The position numbers and the translations under genes are program-made. Positions 1 to 13,814 of a stretch of DNA of 64,000 nt are shown one piece after another; positions within the stretch are counted from its first letter, which is position 1; every line of letters begins with the position of its first letter. Origin of the DNA: an uncultured Gemmatimonadales bacterium (lineage in GTDB: Bacteria > Gemmatimonadota > Gemmatimonadetes > Gemmatimonadales > GWC2-71-9); NCBI GenBank assembly GCA_963842945.1, contig CAWJIM010000020.1, positions 117,711 to 181,710 on the forward strand, in the 5' to 3' direction. The notes under the pieces are model-generated. The model did no database searches, was not told where the DNA came from, and was given only the letters and a program-made list of their open reading frames with translations.

Positions 1-202
1 AGCCGTCACCGAAGAACCGCTCGATGTAGTCCGACTTGTAGTTGGTCGCCAGGTACACATCGGTCACGCCGAACTTCCGAAGGCGTTCGATCTGAATCTC
101 CAGGACGGCCTTCTCTCCAATAGGCAGGAGTGGCTTGGGAATCGCCTCGGTGAAGGGTTTAAGCCGAGCTCCCAGGCCTCCCGCCAGGATCACCGCCTTC
201 AT
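1..202 (-). CDS. Sugar-phosphate nucleotidyltransferase, N-terminus (runs off the window)
   Basis: Manual translation MKAVILAGGLGARLKPFTEAIPKPLLPIGEKAVLEIQIERL carries the NTP_transferase signature; ATGA overlap with the upstream gene's stop. Confidence 0.9.
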   Translation of the reverse strand, partial: MKAVILAGGLGARLKPFTEAIPKPLLPIGEKAVLEIQIERLRKFGVTDVYLATNYKSDYIERFFGDG

Positions 203-1974
203 CTCTCGCAACCGTGGTTCACTGCCATGGCCAGGCTGTCGCTTCTGGCCCTGAACACCTCGAACGGAGGGACTGGCGCAAGCTTCTCGTATCGAGTCCC
301 CAAAGCGCCGGCGATGCGAACGGAGGCGGGGGTATTGTACTTATCCGTGGGGTTGTAAAACACGAGCTTGGGCGGATGGCAACGAATCACATCCAGCACC
401 GAGTCAAGATCCGCGGTGGACCTGACCCCGAGCGCCGTGTTGTAGAACCTGAATGGGTTGGTCCGGCGCCCGAGAAAATACAGCTCGGCGTTGGTTGGAA
501 GTGCGAAGATCGTGTCGCCTGGCTGAGTCTCGCGGTCGATCAGTCTAACCAGTGACTGGTAGAGCTGCGCTTCCGCGGCGTCGACGTATATCCCCGCAAC
601 CGGAGACGGGAGGGGTGTAGACTGGAAAGCGCCGTTCGCCCGCAACGGTACCCTGAAGAGGGAGGTTACCGGCATTGCCGCCTGGTAGTACAGTGCCACG
701 CCAGCGATCACGGCTCGAGACCGCCACCGTGAACCTCTGGTGCTCCCGCATTTGCCTCGGCAGTCAGGAGCAAGATGGCAGTCAGACTCAGTCCGACGGT
801 ATAAAACAGGTAAATCGGTAACTGGTAGTGCAGTGACACCAGGGCATAGAACGTGGCAATCACCGGCAAGGGGTGAATGCTCGAGCGGCTGCCACGAACG
901 AGCGCGCGGAACAGGAGTACACCCAGCAGCGCCGAAATCAGGAGCAGGCAGGTGTACAAGCCAGCATTGAGGAGTCTGTCCAGATCACCGGAATGAAAGC
1001 CACGCCAGGCCAGGATTCCGATCATCAGGTACCCAGGTCTCTTCATGAACCCGAGAGTGGGGAGCGACATCGCGGCGCCGAAAGTATCCCGGAACCAGTC
1101 GTCCAAGGCTCCATGAGCGAGGTGGTAGGCGAGGAGCGGAAGAGGCCGAGACGAGAGCACCCCAGCGAAAGGTCACGCAGGAGCGCGAGCACCTCCCGGT
1201 TGGATCGCCTCGTTCGCAGCCAGGCCCACAGCAAAACTGCGAGGGGCCACACGCCGAAAAGCAACCCAACCCACCGGGTCGGTGACCCGCAGGACGTACC
1301 AGGAGTGACCCACTGCGATCAGAGCAAGCATTGCACGCGCCAGCCGCGCCCGTCCATCGCTCCAGCACCTGGGCTTCTCCAAAAGCAGAAACACCAGAAC
1401 ACCAGAGGCGAGGAATACGCCGGAGAGCTGGCGAAAGAGAAAGGCTGTGCCGACCAGAAACCCGGTCACGACATGGCGCCATCGCAGGCCAACGGACTCC
1501 ACGAGAGCCAGGCAATGGTCATGACTGCGAGAAACAAGGCGTACCAATTGGCGGTTGGATTCAGAAACTGAACGAAACTGAGCGAGGTAAGCACCAGACC
1601 GCCAATCGAGGCGGTCGACGACTCCTCCACGCTTCAGAATCAGAAACATGAGTGCGGCTTGAATGACGGTCAGCAGCGCCAGCGGATACCGCATGCTGAC
1701 CATGCGCACCCCAAACAGCGAGAACGCGGCCGCGTTCACGAAGTCGACATAGCCGGCGTGCAGGTCCTGAACGTCCCGGTGGAGCACCTGACCCCAGCAG
1801 GATGCGCTCGGCAACGTGGGCATAAATGCCCTCATCGGCCGGCGCCCAGAAGCGATTGTGATAAATGAACATGATGATGGTGCTGATCAGCACCACCAGG
1901 ATAAGAGCGACCGCGGACCGGAGATCCCAGGCACTCGGATCTCGACCCGGCGTTCGCGTCCGGGTCGCTGGCAA
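199..1974 (-). CDS. Polytopic membrane protein, GT-C/ArnT-like glycosyltransferase (frameshifted, start approximate)
   Basis: Fragments 1561-1974, 1173-1835, 708-1160 and 199-711; first TM followed by 'ADEGIYAHVAERILLG', then many TM segments and a soluble C-terminal domain. Confidence 0.6.
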
Positions 1975-2106
1975 TCACCTCGGAGGGATCGTCCCGGATC
2001 GGGCTACGGGCCTCTGGCATTGCCGCGCGTGGCCCCTGACGAGCAGCCTATCTCGATGGGAACGTCATCGGGCCAGGCGACCCAGGCCGGCGTCATGGCC
2101 TGACAG

Positions 2107-2826
2107 CTATCGCCGAGACGGAGTTTTTTTCGGCTCAGCTGTCGCTGCGGAGGAGTCGGGGCGGTCCGACTCTTCAGGGGTCGGAGTTTCAACTCGGCTC
2201 TCGGGCGGCTCCGGTAGGGTCAGGGTGCTCTGGCCCCGGGCATCCACCCCCATGCCGACTTTGGCGTCTCCGCTGCGGTCGGCAAATACCAGGGTGGAGG
2301 ACCCACCCCGAACCAGGCTCAGCACCGTCCGCGTCGTTCCGTTCTCGTCGGCGAACAGCATGCTGACAGTCTGATCCGGGAGCAGCCCGAGTACCGCGCG
2401 GGAGCGGCCTGCGCGAGTCGCGGACCGTGATCCCGGAGGCGCCGTCCGCCATCGACAGTGAGGCTCAGGCCGGCCTTGCTTCCGGGAGACTGGAGCTGAG
2501 CCGCATCGAGCCGTTGTCTGCGGTGGCCCAGGTGCCCCGAATGGCTCCGTTCGCGTCGCGCAGCAGGAATTGCCGGGCCTCGATCACATCGGCCACGGTG
2601 CCGGGGAGACCGTGGCGAGCGGACACGATGACCAGCGCGGTGGCCAGCCCGAGCAGAAGCGCGCCGGTCACCACCGTGCCCATCCAGAGCCGCCGAAGCC
2701 GCCGATTCTCCCGGGCCTGCTCCTCGATCCGGATGGAGAGCCCGCGCTCCAGCTCGTGCATCTGACGGCGGATGGGGTCCACCGGGACGTCTGGCGTAAA
2801 GGGATCGCCCGGCCGGAGCCGGTCAT
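2107..2826 (-). CDS. Single-TM hypothetical protein with short beta-strand repeats (frameshifted)
   Basis: ORFs 2465-2836 and 2107-2361: coiled segment, TM helix, then repeats such as FLLRDANGAIRG / LFADENGTTR / FADRSGDAK; ATG overlaps the ATPase stop. Confidence 0.6.
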
Positions 2827-4168
2827 CCGGCACCACTCTCCAGGAAGTACGACCGGCAGGCCCGATCGGACCAGCTCAGGCGTGAGTTCCGGCTTGATCT
2901 CCCGGTACTTCGCGATATCCCCCACATGGGCAATCAGATCGCGTGGATGGCAGCCCCGGGGAGGAATCCCGAGCTTATCGTAGAACTCGCTGAAGATGTA
3001 GGTCACCGCATCGGGGGTCGTAACTCACACTCTGGCTCAGGCACATCGGCCCGGAAGATCTCCTCGTACTGAGCCCGGGTAGGATCCACCACAGGGATTT
3101 TGTAATGAATCCGGCGGAGAAAGGCCTCCTCGACCAGCTCGGTGGGATCGAGGTTCGTGGCGAAGATCAGCAGGCAATCGAACGGTACCGGGAACTTGCC
3201 GCCGGTGTGGAGAGTCAGATAATCGATCCGCTTCTCCAGCGGCACGATCCAGCGGTTGAGCAGATCGCGGGGGGGAACCCGCTGCCGGCCGAAGTCATCG
3301 ATGATCAGGACTCCGCCGTTGGCCTTCACCTGGAAGGGAGCCTGGTACAGCTTGGTGAACGGATCGTATCGCAGGTCGAGCTGGTCCAGCGTCAGCTCGC
3401 CGCCGGTGAGGACTACCGGTCGCTTTACCCGGGCATACCGCCGGTCATAGCCGGGGCCGCTCCGCCAGAGCGACTCTATCCCAGTTGCCTCGTCCTCGGT
3501 CTCGATCTCCTGGTGGTGGACCGGGTCGAATACCAGCATGATTTGGCCTTCGATATCCACCGCATACGGCAGATACAGCTCTCCGCCCAGCATCTCGGGA
3601 GATGGCCTCCGCAATGGCCGTCTTCCCGTTCCCTGGGTGGCCATACAGAAAGATGGATTTCGAGGAGTTGACCGCCGGGCCCGAGGATCTCGAAGATCGA
3701 CGTGGGATTCAGCACCAGGTGGCTGAATCCCGCTTGCAGCGATTCCTGGGTGACGTGGGCCTGCTGAATCGATTGTGCGTGGATCCAGCTGGGGTACTGG
3801 GAGAGCAGGCACCGGCGCCGGTCCTACGTACTGGCTGGCCTCGAGTGCCTCCTTGGCCCGGTCTCTCCCGTCATTCCCCAGGTCGAACAGATAACTGCCG
3901 CGATGGGGTGCCGTGGTGCCCCGGACCTCGATGAATCTGCGCTGCTGCAGGGTGAGCAGCTCCTCATCCACCAGGGGGAAGGGCAGCCGGAGGAAATTCG
4001 CGAGGTATTGGCCGGTGCGGCCTCCCTGCACGTAGAGCACCTTCAGGATCAGGTCGCGAACCGCGTCGGCCGAGAGGCCGGTGATCGGCCAGCGACTCGG
4101 GTACCGGCGGAATCGACGGCGATTCCGTGAGGTCCGTGCCTTCGGTGATGGACTGGGGTGGCGCTCAC
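2823..4168 (-). CDS. Uncharacterised AAA+ ATPase (frameshifted)
   Basis: Walker A read across a frameshift (LYGHPGNGKT); 'KANGGVLIIDDFGRQ' Walker B; 'FATNLDP...EEAFLRRI' sensor/Arg finger. Confidence 0.85.
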
Positions 4169-4569
4169 GTTACTGCCTCCGTCTCCGTCGATCCGGGACG
4201 CGCAGCCGGAGCGTCGGCGGACCAGACCAGAACGTCGCCCACCAGGGTGCCTGAGCTCCTCCAGGGTTCCGGCCGGCAGCTCCAGCGCGTGCGCCGCCTT
4301 CCGGTGCCAGCGGGTTCGAGACCCGGGCGCGAAGCGATGGTAGCTGGCCACCACGGCCCCCTCGGCGTCCAGAAATGCCACGTCCAGGGGATACCGCATG
4401 CCCATACATGTGGATCGACCGGCAGGGCGTAAGCAGCAGCCCCTCTCCCGGGTCGGGCGCCGGCCGGCGCCAGCATTCCCCGCAGTCGGGTCAACCAGCC
4501 GTCCGCCAGCCGAATCCGGCTCCCCAGCTCCCGATTATCCCGGGTGTTTACCACCCGTAAGAGCCGCAT
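4165..4569 (-). CDS. DUF192-family protein (frameshifted)
   Basis: 'LADGWLTRLRGML', 'MGMRYPLDVAFLD', 'ALELPAGT', 'VGDVL' motifs; start overlaps tadC stop (TAATG). Confidence 0.8.
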   Translation of the reverse strand: MRLLRVVNTRDNRELGSRIRLADGWLTRLRGMLAPAGARPGRGAAAYALPVDPHVWACGIPWTWHFWTPRGPWWPATIASRPGLEPAGTGRRRTRWSCRPEPWRSSGTLVGDVLVWSADAPAARPGSTETEAVT

Positions 4570-5498
4570 TAGAGCTTGCTGAAGGTCCGGTAGATCGCGA
4601 GCGCCGACGGCCCGATCACCACGACGAACATCGCCGGGAAAACGAAGAGCACCAGGGGGAAGACCAGCTTGATCGTCGTCTTTGCCGCGGCCTCCTCTGC
4701 CCGCTGGCGCCGCTTGGTGCGCATGGTGTCGGAATGGACCCGGAGCGCGTCGGCCACCGAGGTTCCGAAGCGGTCGGTCTGGATCATCATGCTTACCAGG
4801 GACTTGATGTCGGCCAGGCCGGTGCGCTCGGCGAAGTTCTTGAGGGCCTCATCTCGCGGGCGTGCCGGCCCGCATCTCCAGGTTGACCATGGCGAGCTGT
4901 TCGCTCATGACCGGGCTCACGTGGTCGATCTCATCGGCCACCCGGACCAATGCCTGGTTGAGTCCCAGCCCGGCCTCCACGCAGACCACCAGCATATCCA
5001 GCATGTCGGCCAGGGCGAGCTGGACCTCCTTCTGCCGAGCCTTGAGCCGGCTCCGACGTAGAACGTGGGGCCGATCCATCCCATGGCCCCGAGCCAGACA
5101 GACTGCCCAGCAGGACCTGTGTTCGGCGCGACGCCCGAGCAAGGGCAAACCGAGCAGAGCCCAGCGACGGGCAGTCCGACTGCCAGGCTCACCCGCGATG
5201 CCCAGTAGATCGAAACCGCGCTAGGGTCGGGGAAGCCCGCCTGAATCAGGAACAGCCGGACAGCGGTGGTGTCCTTCCGGCCGCCTCCCACCTGCTGCCC
5301 GAGCGCCTGCAGCACACTCATCAGTCGCTCGGACCTGGCCTGGCGCCGGCGGCGGGCCAGTGCGCATCCTGGTCGCTCGCCGGTCTGCATCTGATCCAGG
5401 CGGCCGACCACGGCGCCCTGTCCCGGCCGCAACTGCATCAGCGTCAGGGCAAACAGGGCGACGGTCAACGCCGTCAGGATGACGATTATGGCGAGCAT
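4569..5498 (-). CDS. tadC: Tad pilus inner-membrane platform protein TadC (frameshifted)
   Basis: '[22 protein letters not shown]', '[14 protein letters not shown]', '[19 protein letters not shown]'. Confidence 0.9.
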
Positions 5499-5505
5499 GA
5501 GAGTC

Positions 5506-6498
5506 TCAGATCTCGATTTTGATGATCTTGCGGATCCAGAGGAATCCGACCAGCTGCATGGATATTGCCACACCGACCAGGATCTTTCCGATCGGGTCGG
5601 TGAAGAGAATCGACATGTACTTGGATTCAGCATGTACAGAATCGAGAACAGAGATGATCGGCAGAGCCGACAGGAGATAGCCGGTCATCCGGCCCTGGGC
5701 GGTGTAGACCCTGAGCTGCCGCCGGATGGTGAAGCGGGCCCGCACCACGGCAGCCAGATTGTCCAGAATCTCGGCCAGGTTGCCGCCCACCTCGCGCTGA
5801 ATCAGGATGGCGGTGACCAGAATACGAACGTCCACCAGGTTGACCCGGTCGGCCATTCCGAGCAGCGAATCCTGCAGCGGCAAGCCGAACCGCTGCTCCT
5901 CGAAGATCCTGCGAAACTCGCCGGCTACCGGCTCGGGACCATCGTCCGCCGCCATCTTGAACCCGGCGGTCAGCGGGTGGCCGGCCCGAAGCGCCCGGCC
6001 TACCAGATCGATCGAGTCGGGCAGCAACTCCTCGAAGGCGTTGAGTCGCTTGGTGCGCTTGCGCCGAACATAGAAGATGGGCAGCATGGCGCCGAACATC
6101 GGTGGCAACAAGTCCGGCCAGCACCGAGCCGGTCGCGATCAGCGATCATGCTCCCGAGCCCCAGCGCCATGCCCAGCGACAAAATAATCAGCGTCTGCAG
6201 CTCCAGGAGACATCCGGCCTGCTGGAGCAGCGAATTCGGCATCCCGAAGCTGCGGCACCCGAGAGATGATTGGCCGGAGCCAGGGGGACTGCAAGACCGC
6301 CGAGCGGAAAACGCTGGAGCCCTGGCCACCGCCCGCGAGCGGGTCATTGGCGAGGGAGCGGAGGTGATCCACCATGTTGCGCTTGCGCTGCTGCTCCTGG
6401 AGCCACTCCCAGAGGAGCACCAGCGAGACCGTAGCCAGCGCGACGGTCAGGAAGGCGACCAGGGCCGGCACCAGGATACTGGCTGGCAGTCCTACCAT
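5506..6498 (-). CDS. tadB: Tad pilus platform protein TadB (frameshifted)
   Basis: '[16 protein letters not shown]', '[14 protein letters not shown]', 'TAQGRMTG'. Confidence 0.9.
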
Positions 6499-6499
6499 C

Positions 6500-7950
<1,451 letters not shown>

Positions 7951-7953
7951 GCT

Positions 7954-9218
7954 CTATTTTCCTCCCTCTCGCCGCTTGGCGAGCTTGCCCATGATGCCTC
8001 TGGAACGGTGCCGCCAGGGCTTGACTCAGCCGGGAGCGCTGTGACCGTGTTCGTCCTGCACCCCGGTCACCTGTGCGGCCAGCCCCGCGAGATCTCGGGT
8101 GTAGGGAGAGCCGCCATTCAGCACAATGGGCTTTCCGGCGTTCACCGAGCTCATGACCGCTTCGTACTCGTTGCTGACCTTCCAGAACACCTTCAGTCCC
8201 AGGCTTCGCTCGACGTCCGCCACCGAGACCGTGTCATCGGGATCATAGCGGTTGAGAATCAGGCGCACCTGTTCCTCACCCTTCGTGAGCACCCGCTTGA
8301 AGAGTGGCATCCCGCGCTGAATGTTCCGGAGCGAGGGCAGGTCGGCGCACGGTGACGAGGAACAGCAGGTCAGCCTGCTCGAAAACGGCGAGGGTGGTAG
8401 GAGCAAAGGAGCGCGGGGTATCCACCACGACGTAGTCGTAGTGCTGGCGCAGGAAGGCCAGGATCCGGCGAATCTGTTCCGCGTGTCACCGAGTCGGCCT
8501 TCTCCGGGCTCCACCGGGCGCCGACAAGAGGTCTATTCCGGAGGGGTGGTGGTCGATGTAGGAGGCCAGCAGTCCGGCATCCATCCGCCGGAAGTTCTCG
8601 ACAAAGTCGATGAAGTTGAACCGGGGCTTGATGCCGAGCACCAGCGCGCTCTCCCCCAGCTCGAGATCCAGATCCACCACCAGCGTCTTCGTCTTGGTGG
8701 CTCGGTGGATCAGGATGGCGAGGTTGGTGGCCAGGGTGGTGGACCCACTGCCGCCCTTGGCGCTGAAGAAGGAGAGGATCTTCCCGGGCTCCCGCTGCTT
8801 GTCGCCGTCCGGCTTTCGAAGCTTGTGCGCGGAGCGAATGGCCGCGGCTCGGAGATCTTCGGGAGCCACCGGCTTGGGCAGGTAGTCTGAGACCCCGGCC
8901 CGCATGGCCAGCATCAGCTGGTCACTGGTGAGCACCGGCCCGGTGGCGATGAAGAGTTGCGCCGGATTCAGCTCAACCAGGTACTGCGCCAGCTGGATCC
9001 CGAGCTCCGGGCTTTCCTCCAGGTCCAGGATGATGAGCTCGGGCGCCACCGCTCGGAGCGCCTGCACCTGTTGCTCGCCGAACTGGTAGAGCGGCGACGT
9101 GAGCTCCAGCTCCAGGGTAACCGGCCGCTCGGGGCCGCTCAGCAGCTGCTTGACCTGGCGTCACGAAGCTGGAATCACTGGAGATCAGCGCGGCGCGCGG
9201 AAGCTGAGAGTCGCTCAC
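7954..9218 (-). CDS. cpaE: CpaE/TadZ (receiver-like domain plus MinD-like ATPase), frameshifted
   Basis: 'LIILDL', '[13 protein letters not shown]', '[16 protein letters not shown]', 'DLPSLRN'. Confidence 0.85.
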
Positions 9219-9232
9219 GAGGCGGCTCGACC

Positions 9233-10531
9233 CTACTTGATGAGCATCAGGTCGTCTTGATCAGTGCCGGTGGTCTGCCGGACCGCCCACGCCGGCCCTG
9301 GACACAAACCCCAGGAACCTGCGCGGTGATCGGTGCCTTGCATTGGCACCCGGTGCAGCCAGGGGGGCGCTGGTCCACGAACATCTTGGCAAAGTTGTTG
9401 AACACGATCGGATTATTCGTGCTGGAGTCAGGATGTCGCCGGGGCTGTAGAGAGCCACGATCACGACGCGAGGGCTGTCGGTCAGCCAGTCGTCCCCGGC
9501 ACTCCGAACCATCCACGCTGTTCGTGGCATCATTCCAATGGGCTGCCGGATCGTACCCGATCCGCGTGTCCCAGGCCGGACTGATCGGTCCCACCTGGCC
9601 CCATTGCCGGCCGCTGCGTTATATCCGTCACCGCCGACCGTCACGCACGTCGCAGGACTCATCGGTGATCTTGCCGGCCACGCACCTGCGCGCTGTTGGC
9701 GTCATTAGAATTAAGCCCCAGGCGAAATAGTTGGAGCTGGTGGTCCCGTCCTTGGAGTCGAACGTCATGACCGTGATCTGACGGCCGTAGTCATTGGTCT
9801 TGTGCAGCAGTGCATTGCCGGTAGCCAGACCATTCCGGTAGTTGGACCCGTAGCCGTATCGTGCCGGGTCGTACTCGTCGACGCCCTGATCGAATTCCCA
9901 GTGCTCCCTCTCCTGAGCATCCATGTATCCTGCGCCGTTGTTGTTTTGCGGTCCATCTGATAATTCCACAGCCCGTCCGTTGCACATACTCCTCAGGAGG
10001 GGCGTTTTTTCCGCTCCCGGCGTACGTCGTTGTTCTTCCAGATGTCCGGCATCGCGACCGGCATTACGCAGGCCGCCTTGCTGGTCTCGTACACGTCCGC
10101 TGCGGCCATGGCGTTGATGCCGCATGGTCCCATGATCTGCCTAAAATGCTGGCGAACCAGAGTGGATTCCGCCGCTGGTGTACGATGACCGTCACCCTCT
10201 GCTCTGGCAAGTCCACGACCACGCGTCGACCTCGCGGATCGGTGATCGGCAACTCTGATGGACCTCGTGCTTCTTGGCATATTCAGGGCCCGTGCCTCGG
10301 CACGATCCGCCTTGTCGATGGCGGGATCGAGGATGTCCAGGAACGCGCTGGCGCCGGCCAGGGCTGCAGCATCCATGGCCCGCTGTGCTTCGGCCTTGGC
10401 GGCCTTGATCATGCCATAGTCGATGACCAGGGCGCTCATTCCCAGCATCAGGAACAGCATGAGCGCCATCATGACCAGGGTGACTCCGCGCTCACCACGC
10501 CTGCCTCGAACCCATGACTTCGCGAACTCAT
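9233..10531 (-). CDS. tadG: TadG-like pilus assembly protein (frameshifted)
   Basis: 'ERGVTLV..MALM...LVIDYG...AQRAMDAAALAGA' N-terminal Tad motif; position in operon. Confidence 0.75.
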
Positions 10532-10544
10532 ACGCGACCTCCCC

Positions 10545-11906
10545 CTAATGCTCCTGAGAATTTCTCCACGCCGTGTCTGCCGCATTCATCTTCATTTGAC
10601 CGGACCACTTCCAGGTGGACGGCTCACCAGTCGGGAGCAGCGCCGGGGTATCGCTCGGCAGCACCAGCTTGGGTGAGACGAGCACCAGGAGCTCGGTCCG
10701 GCGCTGCCGTGCGTCCTTGCTTCTGAAGAACTGTCCCAGAATCGGGATGTCTCCCAACAGAGGGACCTTCGTCGCATTGTCTGTCAGAGTATTGTCCACC
10801 AGCCCCGCAATGGCCAGATACTGACCGTTCTTCATCTCGACTTCGGTCTCCGCCCGCCGGCTGAGAATGCTGGGAATGGTGAAGCCACCGAAGATGAGCG
10901 GGTTGGAGAAGTCCAACGCCGACACTTCGGGGGCAACCTTCAACCGAATGCTGCCCCCCCGGGTGATGGTGGGCGTGAACTTCAGGCGAATCCCGAACTC
11001 CTTGAAAACGATAGACACCGCGTTGTTTCCGCCGCCGCCCTGAACCGTCGGGTAGGGGAACTCTCCTCCGGCCAGGAAGGAGGCTTCGCGTCCGGGCAGC
11101 GCAATGAGGTTCGGCTCAGCCAGGCTCTTCAGCAGCCCCTTGGAGGAGAGCATGCGAATGAGCACCTCGATGCTTGCATTGGCGTTGAAGAGTGCGAGGT
11201 CGACCACTCCGTCCGCGAAGGTTCCGTCTGTAGGGTTGGTATTGGCCGACCCGGCCCAGTTGCCGGTCCGGCCGTTGAGATCCTGGGGGTTGAGGGTGGC
11301 CAACTGGGAGCGGAACTCCTTGATCGCGCTCTTGTTGACTTCGGCGAATCGCACCTTCAACAGCACCTGGACCGCTTCCGGGGTGGTCAGGTTGTCCACG
11401 ATGGTGGCCCCCGAGCCCTTGGCAATCTCTACCGCGCGGCTCGCCACGCTGGCATCCCTGACCTGGCCCGTGAGGGTCACCACGTTGCCACTGGCGATCA
11501 CGTCGATCTTCTCGCCCTGCAGTACCGAGCTGAGGTACCGCTGGAGACCCGGAGCGTCGGCGGTAACCTCCACCGAGTACAGCTTGATGTTGCCGCTGTT
11601 GTCCCAGAGGAAGAGGCTGGTGGTGCCCAGCGTCTTGCCATTGATCAGGACCTCGGTGGGCGAGACCACGACTGCTTCCGCCACGGCAGGGTCGCCGATG
11701 GAGAACCGCTGAATAGCCGTGGTGTTGACCAGGAGCGCGGAGGCACCCTTCGACACCGAGACGACCTGCTCCGGCGCGCGGACCACCCGCTGGGCCTCTG
11801 CGGGTCGAGCACCACCCACCAGGGCAGCAGTGATGACAGCGCAGGCGAAACACCACCGCCAGGCCTGCAGGAAAGGAACGGTCCAGCCGTGGCGGTAGAT
11901 ACGCAC
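10545..11906 (-). CDS. cpaC: Tad secretin CpaC/RcpA
   Basis: Signal peptide, pilus-N domain, 'QVLLKVRFAEV', 'ASFLAGGEFP', 'KVPLLGDIPILGQFFRS'. Confidence 0.95.
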   Translation of the reverse strand: MRIYRHGWTVPFLQAWRWCFACAVITAALVGGARPAEAQRVVRAPEQVVSVSKGASALLVNTTAIQRFSIGDPAVAEAVVVSPTEVLINGKTLGTTSLFLWDNSGNIKLYSVEVTADAPGLQRYLSSVLQGEKIDVIASGNVVTLTGQVRDASVASRAVEIAKGSGATIVDNLTTPEAVQVLLKVRFAEVNKSAIKEFRSQLATLNPQDLNGRTGNWAGSANTNPTDGTFADGVVDLALFNANASIEVLIRMLSSKGLLKSLAEPNLIALPGREASFLAGGEFPYPTVQGGGGNNAVSIVFKEFGIRLKFTPTITRGGSIRLKVAPEVSALDFSNPLIFGGFTIPSILSRRAETEVEMKNGQYLAIAGLVDNTLTDNATKVPLLGDIPILGQFFRSKDARQRRTELLVLVSPKLVLPSDTPALLPTGEPSTWKWSGQMKMNAADTAWRNSQEH

Positions 11907-11926
11907 GGATCTTCCATGGGTAAGGG

Positions 11927-12772
11927 TCAGGGCTGCTTCTGGAACGTGGTCAGGGTTCGCTCACCACCCCGATATCCCTCCACCACGGTGGGATTGGCTT
12001 TGGGTGCAGGGGCGGAGCGGGTTCGCTGGGGACGATTGGGAGAAGGCGAGCCGGAACTGGGAGACAGTCTGTCGGCCCGGGCGCCGCTGGTGCTGACGGC
12101 AAGGGTATCCAGCGTGTTCCGAAGCGCCAGCTGGAGCCGGCCCTCCTTGGACGCGAGGGCCAGCAGCTCGGCATCGTCGGGCGTCACCAGCAGGGTAATA
12201 ACCGTGACCGTCTGCGGCTTTCCTTCCTTGTCCCGGGTGACCGACTGGCCTGCAGCGAGCGTCTGGACGTTCTGGAGCAGCGTCTTGGTGATGGCTTGAG
12301 GCCGATCGTCGCCTTTGTCGAGGGTCAGCATGACGTCGACCCGAGTGCCGGGCAGCACGAACCCGGCAACCCCGATGACTTCATCCACCTTGACGCTGAC
12401 GGCGCGCATCCCATCGCGGATGATGATCGGAAGCCCGCCGCCGGCATCCTTGGTGGACACCTTGGCCTCGAGCAGAGGCTCGTTCTCGGCCACTGGCGTG
12501 ATAATTCCCCGGCCCACCGCATCCTTGACCGATCTGATATATCCGCTGGGAACCGCATCGCCGGGCCAGCTGACCATTTTCACGTCTCGCTCCGATGACC
12601 ACCGCTCCAACGGGAAGGCTCCGGGCGGACAGAACGATATTTGCCCGCTTGGGCTCGGCGGCCATGAGCGGAGTGGTTCGCTCCCGGAGATAGCGCAGGG
12701 CGAGTAGTGCGGCGACCACCCCGAGGTGAGCGCCAGAACCAGCATGAACCAGGGCCGGGATCTTTTTCTCAT
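11927..12772 (-). CDS. cpaB: Flp pilus assembly protein CpaB/RcpC (frameshift near N-terminus)
   Basis: SAF domain; 'GMRAVSVKVDEVIGVAGFVLPGTRVDV', 'LLQNVQTLA', 'LQLALRN'. Confidence 0.92.
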   Translation of the reverse strand: MRKRSRPWFMLVLALTSGWSPHYSPCAISGSEPLRSWPPSPSGQISFCPPGAFPLERWSSERDVKMVSWPGDAVPSGYIRSVKDAVGRGIITPVAENEPLLEAKVSTKDAGGGLPIIIRDGMRAVSVKVDEVIGVAGFVLPGTRVDVMLTLDKGDDRPQAITKTLLQNVQTLAAGQSVTRDKEGKPQTVTVITLLVTPDDAELLALASKEGRLQLALRNTLDTLAVSTSGARADRLSPSSGSPSPNRPQRTRSAPAPKANPTVVEGYRGGERTLTTFQKQP

Positions 12773-12829
12773 AGGGTACTGCCGGTCCCAATGTTCCGGC
12801 CTGAGTTGACACAGGACACATAGCGGCAC

Positions 12830-13255
12830 TCTAGGGCGCCAGGGAGATCGCCACTCGTTCGCATCGTCGCATTCGTGTGATCACGACTGCTGGGCTCCCG
12901 GCCCACCCTCAGAAGGACGCCGACAGACCCATCTGGTGCTCGGGCGGAGACCAGGTGACTGTCGACCGTCTCGTTATAACCGGCCACGTGGAAGTCGTCG
13001 CCTGAAAACTCGATAGTGGCAGAGTCGATGGCACGCCAGCGCGAGTCGCTCTTCGATTTTGGCCTTCACGTCGTCAGTTGTCTGGATGTCATCGTCCTGG
13101 ACCACGGCGTAGCGGGCACCCTCTCGCGCGGCATCGGTCACGGCCTGCTTGATGTTCCAGGCCCGGCCGAACTCGATGATTCCAGCGATGAAAAAGAGGA
13201 TCAGAGGTAGGACCAAGGCGAATTCTGCCAGGGCTTGTCCCCGCTCATTCCTCAC
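12830..13255 (-). CDS. tadE: TadE pseudopilin (frameshifted, 3' end approximate)
   Basis: 'ERGQALAEFALVLP...GIIEFG...AAREGARYA'; C-terminal 'TNATMR'. Confidence 0.85.
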
Positions 13256-13279
13256 CAGGCTGCTACCTCCTCGGACACC

Positions 13280-13805
13280 TCACAACCGGACTCCCTTCCC
13301 GAACCACCAGATGAGTGTTCCCAGCGCAATCGGGATGCCGTACGGTATGGTCAACACGGCCGCTGAGTCGAGCTTACGCCTCTGGCCGGCTTGCCCCAGA
13401 CTGGCAAGCGATTTCACCAGATCCAACGTGTTGAAGAGCAGCAGGCCCAGCAGGCCTCTGCGGATCATGGCTCCCCAACGCAAACGCCGCTCCCAGAACC
13501 GCAGCCAGGGCCAGCGCCCCGACGATGTGAGGGGAGCCCAGGAACGCTCCCACAGCTGCCAGCAACTTCACATCGCCACCGCCGATGGCCCCGAGAGCGT
13601 AGAAGACAACAGCCGGCAACAGGGCTATGCCGGCTCCGGCCAACCCCTGAAGCAGGACATCAAGGCCGAGCGGGGCTCTCAGCAACAAGGCGACTGCGAA
13701 CCCCGTGACGGTGATTTTGTTGGGGATCCGGTGGGTGGTCGCGTCCCACCAGGCAGCAGTGGAGGCAAATACGACGAGTACTACATCCGCCACCGCTGGG
13801 ATCAC
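13280..13805 (-). CDS. cpaA: A24 prepilin peptidase CpaA/TadV (frameshifted)
   Basis: 'WDATTHRIPN', 'GGGDVKL', C-terminal 'IPYGIPIALG'. Confidence 0.9.
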
Positions 13806-13814
13806 CCTACCGGC

